Below are positions 59,117 through 64,000 of a DNA stretch of 64,000 bases, piece after piece. Position 1 is the first letter of the stretch. The number at the start of each line of letters is the position of its first letter. The position numbers and the translations under genes were made by a program. The stretch comes from Picochlorum sp. SENEW3 (Eukaryota): NCBI GenBank assembly GCA_034226945.1, contig CP120455.1:930001-994000 (forward strand), read 5' to 3'. The notes beneath the pieces are model-generated. The model ran no database searches and had not been told where the DNA came from. It saw only the letters and a program-made list of their open reading frames with translations.

Positions 59117-60512
59117 TTACAATTTCTGGAACATGAATATCTCTCTGTCAAATCCCTCTGCAGCATCTGCAGGAGGGCAGAGCTGCCGAACAAATTTAAG
59201 ACCATACTCTTCTGGCAATATTGTACAAAAGTCTTCCGGACGTATTTTTATCTCGTCAAGGCGGAAAAAGTAGCCATTGTCGACATGTTTTGAAAAGCTT
59301 CCAAGCTTGTGCCGTTTCATCTTGTTTGCAGCTGATTTATACGATTTCCAAGACTGTGGCTCTACAATGAATCTACCTCCAGGTGCTAACAAGTCTCGTA
59401 TCTTGGAAAAGAAGTATCGTATACCTGCATCTCCTCCATGTAAATGTATCCATTTGGTCACGCTGAAGGCTGTGATGCAATCAAAACTACCTTTATCAAT
59501 CCTACTCGCAAGTACATTGCCATGAAGAAACCACGTTTGGGCCAGACTCTGCATCTTTCTACGGACAATTTTTCGCGTACTTGCATCTGTACCTGCTTGC
59601 TGAGACAGAACAAATTCGTTGATGGCCGCAGATCGCTCCTCTTTCAAATGCCTGCAAGTATGGAAGCACGTAGATCCGTCACTATCAAGGCACCTCTGCA
59701 GAAATTCATTCACACCCGATATCATAAGCAACGTACGCGCATGCTCTTTTAATAAGATGCTCATCCAAATCAATTCCAGTCATACTGGTTGTTCCAAATG
59801 TTTTTGCTAAACTCAGTGTCACCAGTCCTTCGTTGCACCCAATATCCAGACACCTCTTCTTGTGGAACCATCCCTTCTCTAGTACACTCAACCTCGGGTC
59901 CTGGTCAAAAGCCCCACCCAGCCTGTATCCGTAATATCGATGATAATTGCCATGGATGTATACCTTGGGCCCAGGCTGTTGCGCAGAAACCACTCCATAA
60001 TCAAATGTCTCTTCATCCATCTCAACTACACGCATCTTTTTACTGCGATGGCCTGCTTCAGAAGGACCATCCATTCTTTTCCTTGAAGATCTATGCTGCT
60101 GGGTTGCCCCGCCTCCAGGATTGGCCCCACAGGAACAGGTTGGCTGCGACTGAGCACTCAGTTCTTCCACAGGTATACCGTGATCTATCTGGAACCGTAT
60201 ATGAGAACCTATTTGGGAGGATGTATCACCCAAGGATGTACTATGTATGTTGTATACCTCTGGAAAAGGTAAACTTGTCCCACAACCTTCCAACTCTGAA
60301 GCACACGAAGAGACAGTCCTGTCTGTCAAAGCTCTCAATTTGGACCTTTTCTTCCGGAGCCTTTTCTTCCTATTTTTCTCAGCCTTAGAAGAGCATGGTT
60401 CCTCAGAACCTTTCGAAACGGCCGTGGTTGCTACAATCTCCCTTCTCACATGTCCGCATGGCATGCAACCTCTGTCCTCTATCTCCGACGTATCTCCATT
60501 CACTTTACCCAT
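59117..60512 (-). CDS. Bin3/MePCE RNA methylphosphate capping enzyme; intron 59652-59736
   Basis: GNYHRYYGYR, CLDIGCNEG, FSVTKWIHLHGGD, VEPQSWKSY, GFDRE. Confidence 0.92.
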
Positions 60513-60720
60513 CGACCAAAATTATACTTAATTAGTCATGATTTCGCTTCCCTATGAGAGCGAAAGAATACCGGCAATGTGCAGTAGAGCCAGGGGTTCT
60601 GTATAAAGGCATTTTAAGAAGGCAGAGGCATTCAAAATTTGGGATGGCACGCATGGCACGACCATATCAAGCTGAATCGCTTGGCTGCTATTGCCAGTCA
60701 AAATTATTCTGTTACATAGC

Positions 60721-61401
60721 ATGCTGGGAAGTCTCCTCGCTCGAAATCGAACATGCTTGCATTCTTTTCTGGTAGCAAGTAAGACCAGTAGGAGGAGTAT
60801 TTTCCAAGGTCGCCGCACATCTTCAATCCAGATGAGCCAGGTACGCTTCCTACAGGGTCAGTTGAATAGAGGGAAATCACTCATCATTGTCTGTAAGCAT
60901 GCGTCGCAGGACTCGAACTCACTTTCCTTTGGCCCATGGCCCATAGCTCAAAGCGAAGTATTTGCATCATCTTCTCTGTGCTTTGCTTTTGTCAACCTGA
61001 AACCGATTGTTCCAGGGCATGTTTTAGTAAGCACAAAACGCGTGGTACCTCGATTTACAGACTTGTCTGCTGAAGAAGTGTCAGACCTGTGGACTCTAGC
61101 TCAAAAGGTGGGCAGTGTGCTGGAAAAGTTTCATGGAGCAACATCTCTCACTTTGACAATCCAAGATGGGCCAGAGGCAGGTCAAACAGTGCCTCATGTA
61201 CATGTTCATGTTCTACCGAGAAAACAGGGCGATTTTGAGCCAAATGACGCCATTTATGATGCTCTCGATGAATCATCTGTGGAAGCAGTGCAGGTTTTGG
61301 AACAGAGGAAGAAAAAATCCAACTTGGATGAAGACAGGAAACCAAGAACGCCAGAAGAAATGGCGGCAGAAGCGAATGAGTATAGGCCCTACTTTGATTG
61401 A
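60721..61401 (+). CDS. FHIT: FHIT-like bis(5'-adenosyl)-triphosphatase; probable in-frame intron 60841-60909
   Basis: [42 protein letters not shown]. Confidence 0.93.
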   Translation: MLGSLLARNRTCLHSFLVASKTSRRSIFQGRRTSSIQMSQVRFLQGQLNRGKSLIIVCKHASQDSNSLSFGPWPIAQSEVFASSSLCFAFVNLKPIVPGHVLVSTKRVVPRFTDLSAEEVSDLWTLAQKVGSVLEKFHGATSLTLTIQDGPEAGQTVPHVHVHVLPRKQGDFEPNDAIYDALDESSVEAVQVLEQRKKKSNLDEDRKPRTPEEMAAEANEYRPYFD

Positions 61402-61759
61402 ATTGTCGGAAGAGCTCTTGTTTGAATTTGAATCTCTTGTACATGTTGAGTACATGGTTGGAGGAGGGTCAGAGCGTTTTCCAAGTTTTCCTTTGGCAAT
61501 CGCAGAATGCGACACGCTTTGACTGCCAAAAATCATGTAACGAATACGTATAACACTGGGTGTCAGTCTTTTAAGGCTATTGTCTCGAGACAGGCGAGTC
61601 ATAGGACATGCCGTCTGAGAAGGAAGCGATTCCTAGTTGCCCAATATGTGGGCGAGAGGGGCTCAAACGCCTCTCAATATCATGATAGTGATTTTGATTG
61701 GAATATCTGTGTGGAAGAAGGGAGAATGGCTGTTGCGAGACAGCGAGCCGAGTAATTAA

Positions 61760-64000
61760 TTAGTGTGGGTTACAGCACCAGCCTGGGAGTTCCCGGTCGA
61801 CGGAGGAATTCGTCCGTCGGAGGCCCCACTCCAGACATCATTGGCGAAGCAGGAAAAAAGAGGAAAAACAGAGAAAACAAATGCAATGGCAAATAAATCT
61901 ACGCTATTGATTCAACTCGAGATACGACTCCACCTGTTATCAACCCACTAATACAGGGAGGAGACCAGTGTCAGAGGAACTCTAGCAGGTAAAACTGTCA
62001 TAAACGACCTTGATCCAGAGTACCATAAAAACACAAGTTTCCAGCGAGAAGTAGCTATCCAATAAGAAAAACTGAGGTCTGAGGCAACCGAAAGAGGGGA
62101 AAAGAACTACAGTAGGCATAAACTACCTGGCAAGGTCCCAGCGGTGCTCAGAAGCTCGCCAACGAATGATGGGGAGACATGTCTGAGCTGCCGACCCGGG
62201 AGAAAGGCTATCTTTATAAGCATCTAATACCTCATTGAATGTGCTGATGAGGGTGTCAATAAACTGGGCAGATGTAGCGTCTGCCGAGGCCTTGAAGATC
62301 TGTCGTCGAATATCATCCAAGCTATAACTGCACGCCACCACGATGAGACCCCAAGTGTCCGAGGGGTATGGAAGATGTGATGGAGGCTGATTGATCCAAA
62401 TGGAATGCAACACCTGGGTGACTGGAATGCCAATACCTGTGGCAAGGTGCTGATATAGGCTACAAGCTATGCTGCATTCTGTGGTATAATAATGGTTTCT
62501 ACCTGGTGTGGCATTTGAGTGGCCACAAACACATGCTTTTTCTTTCTGCGTCTTCTGAGCATTCACCTGTGTATCCATGAGGATCTCCCAGAAAGGGAGT
62601 TTATAGATAGAGGGGAGCTGAAGCTGTTGCAAAGGCTTGAAGATGCTGTGGAGTGGTCTAGGCACACTCGCTATGATCTCAAGCCAGCTCCGGAGGCGTC
62701 TGCGTCGGTGCTGTCTATCTACTCGTGTGAACAAGCTAGTTCCTTGCTTCACTGTATATGTATCTAATGTCATAGAGCATTTAGGGTGTATCTGCCATCC
62801 TAGTTCGCCTTGAAGGCCATTCATGACATATGTTCCTGTCTCCTGATTCTGGAGTATGGCCCTCTGAAGATCTGCGAGATGGTATGCATAGATGCTAGAT
62901 GTAAATAATAAGGTAGGTGGCTCGTACCGTAAATAAGCAGGCTCGTGATGGTAAACTGTGGGCTGGAGCTCAAAATTGGGAACAGCCGGGATGCCTTTCT
63001 GTAGAAGGTGGATGGGCAAACAGGCAGGTATGCCTGTATGTTGACCATCCTGCATCTTCAAAAAGATATTCCACGCTAATTGAACCCATGCTTTCTCGGC
63101 GCCACCTGTGAATAAAAGAATATACCACTTCAAATCACGCGCAGATAGGTGGGCCTGAAGGGGTAAACAGCCAAGGCCTCCTTCTGTTGGATGGGCTGCA
63201 AAAGCTGTGCTTCTCCAAAAATTGCTCTGGAGGAGTTGGCGTATGGCTGTCCAGACTTCCTTTACTTGTGCTTGAGTGGGCTTCACAACTTCTGCATAGT
63301 ATAAATCTTTAGGAAGCAGGTATGTCGAGACAATTCTCAATTTGCTAAATGGTGATAAATGTCTTGCTTTGACTTTTCGAATGGCTGTTTTCAGTTTGGC
63401 GACTCGAGTGTCCCAGTCTATGGCAAAGGCGCCTGTATGTGCCTGGACCTGGAAACCTAGGATTGTTGCTTCACTCACCACCTGTAGCCCTGCGATTGTC
63501 CGGGGGTGCTCTGCCGGCTGTCCAATGGGGAGGAGCAATGTTTTGGTCATATTCAGGACCTGTCCAGTGCCTCGTCCAAATCGATGCATGATGTTGATGA
63601 ATCGCGAGACATCCGCGTAACTACTTAATGGTACCGTGTTGTCATCTGCATATTGTAATGTAGGAATATAGAGCTCGTGAGGGCAGCGCTGTAGTCCTCC
63701 GTGAAGATAGTGTTGCATCTTGTGTGTCAGTGGCAGTCTGATGCCAATTCTGTGTGTTTCTAGCCATCTGGCGAGGATATGGCCGATCAAAAGGTACAAA
63801 TATGGAGAGACAGGATCGCCCTGGCGTACGCCTGCTTCAAATTTTCTGCGTTTGGAAAATGCTCCATTATAGTAGACCTGACTATACGTATTCTCCAGCA
63901 AGACCGCGATCCAGTGTTGGAGTGAGGGAGGCATCTGCAAGCATTGGCAAATTTTCATGAGAAATCGTCGATCAACCTTATCATATGCTTTGGAAAAGTC
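61760..64000 (-). mobile_element. Non-LTR retrotransposon (L1/Tx1-like LINE), 3' part; continues beyond window
   Basis: RT ORF, pyrimidine-rich 3' UTR, terminal stem-loop and short TAAT tail; the 3' boundary is approximate. Confidence 0.85.
62123..64000 (-). CDS. LINE ORF2 reverse transcriptase, C-terminal part
   Basis: DFSKAYDKV, GVRQGDPVSPYLY, QYADD, LNMTKT, GGLG and a C-terminal CVCG..H..C knuckle; no stop codons. Confidence 0.93.
   Translation of the reverse strand, partial: DFSKAYDKVDRRFLMKICQCLQMPPSLQHWIAVLLENTYSQVYYNGAFSKRRKFEAGVRQGDPVSPYLYLLIGHILARWLETHRIGIRLPLTHKMQHYLHGGLQRCPHELYIPTLQYADDNTVPLSSYADVSRFINIMHRFGRGTGQVLNMTKTLLLPIGQPAEHPRTIAGLQVVSEATILGFQVQAHTGAFAIDWDTRVAKLKTAIRKVKARHLSPFSKLRIVSTYLLPKDLYYAEVVKPTQAQVKEVWTAIRQLLQSNFWRSTAFAAHPTEGGLGCLPLQAHLSARDLKWYILLFTGGAEKAWVQLAWNIFLKMQDGQHTGIPACLPIHLLQKGIPAVPNFELQPTVYHHEPAYLRYEPPTLLFTSSIYAYHLADLQRAILQNQETGTYVMNGLQGELGWQIHPKCSMTLDTYTVKQGTSLFTRVDRQHRRRRLRSWLEIIASVPRPLHSIFKPLQQLQLPSIYKLPFWEILMDTQVNAQKTQKEKACVCGHSNATPGRNHYYTTECSIACSLYQHLATGIGIPVTQVLHSIWINQPPSHLPYPSDTWGLIVVACSYSLDDIRRQIFKASADATSAQFIDTLISTFNEVLDAYKDSLSPGSAAQTCLPIIRWRASEHRWDLAR

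Noticed and set aside
61770..61855. HDV-like or other self-cleaving ribozyme (GGCGAA motif and hairpins)
   Set aside because: I could not build the P1/P1.1/P2/P3 topology on either strand, and there is no hammerhead or twister core

Overview
Eukaryotic nuclear DNA from a very compact green-algal genome (Trebouxiophyceae/Picochlorum-like, inferred from about 40 genes in 64 kb, short GT-AG introns of roughly 45-180 nt, plastid transit peptides and plant-type enzymes). Most of it is housekeeping: VTE1, ATG6, UROD, DXR, RPA12, PyrD, COQ3, SEC10, PRMT3, VTE3, pescadillo, GME, RAB2, NDOR1, UFD1, ERH, calnexin, PHR2, MePCE and FHIT. An uninterrupted L1-like LINE runs off the right edge. The main candidate for a new system is an intronless, secreted, probably GPI-anchored protein (55601-57715). 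It fuses a stellacyanin-type blue-copper domain, a SURNod19-like domain carrying all six candidate PHM/DBH-type dicopper ligands, and an LTP/prolamin-like 8-cysteine domain, and a double-GTAC palindrome sits just upstream. Other items of note: an AlkB-type alkane hydroxylase with an altered His box, a bacterial-type DUF1254/DUF1214 gene, a plant-type tyrosylprotein sulfotransferase, a candidate poison micro-exon in a U2AF65-like gene, and two tandem pairs of secreted orphan genes, one of which includes a pseudogene. All family assignments come from motif recognition and no database searches were run. Exon boundaries were deduced by hand.
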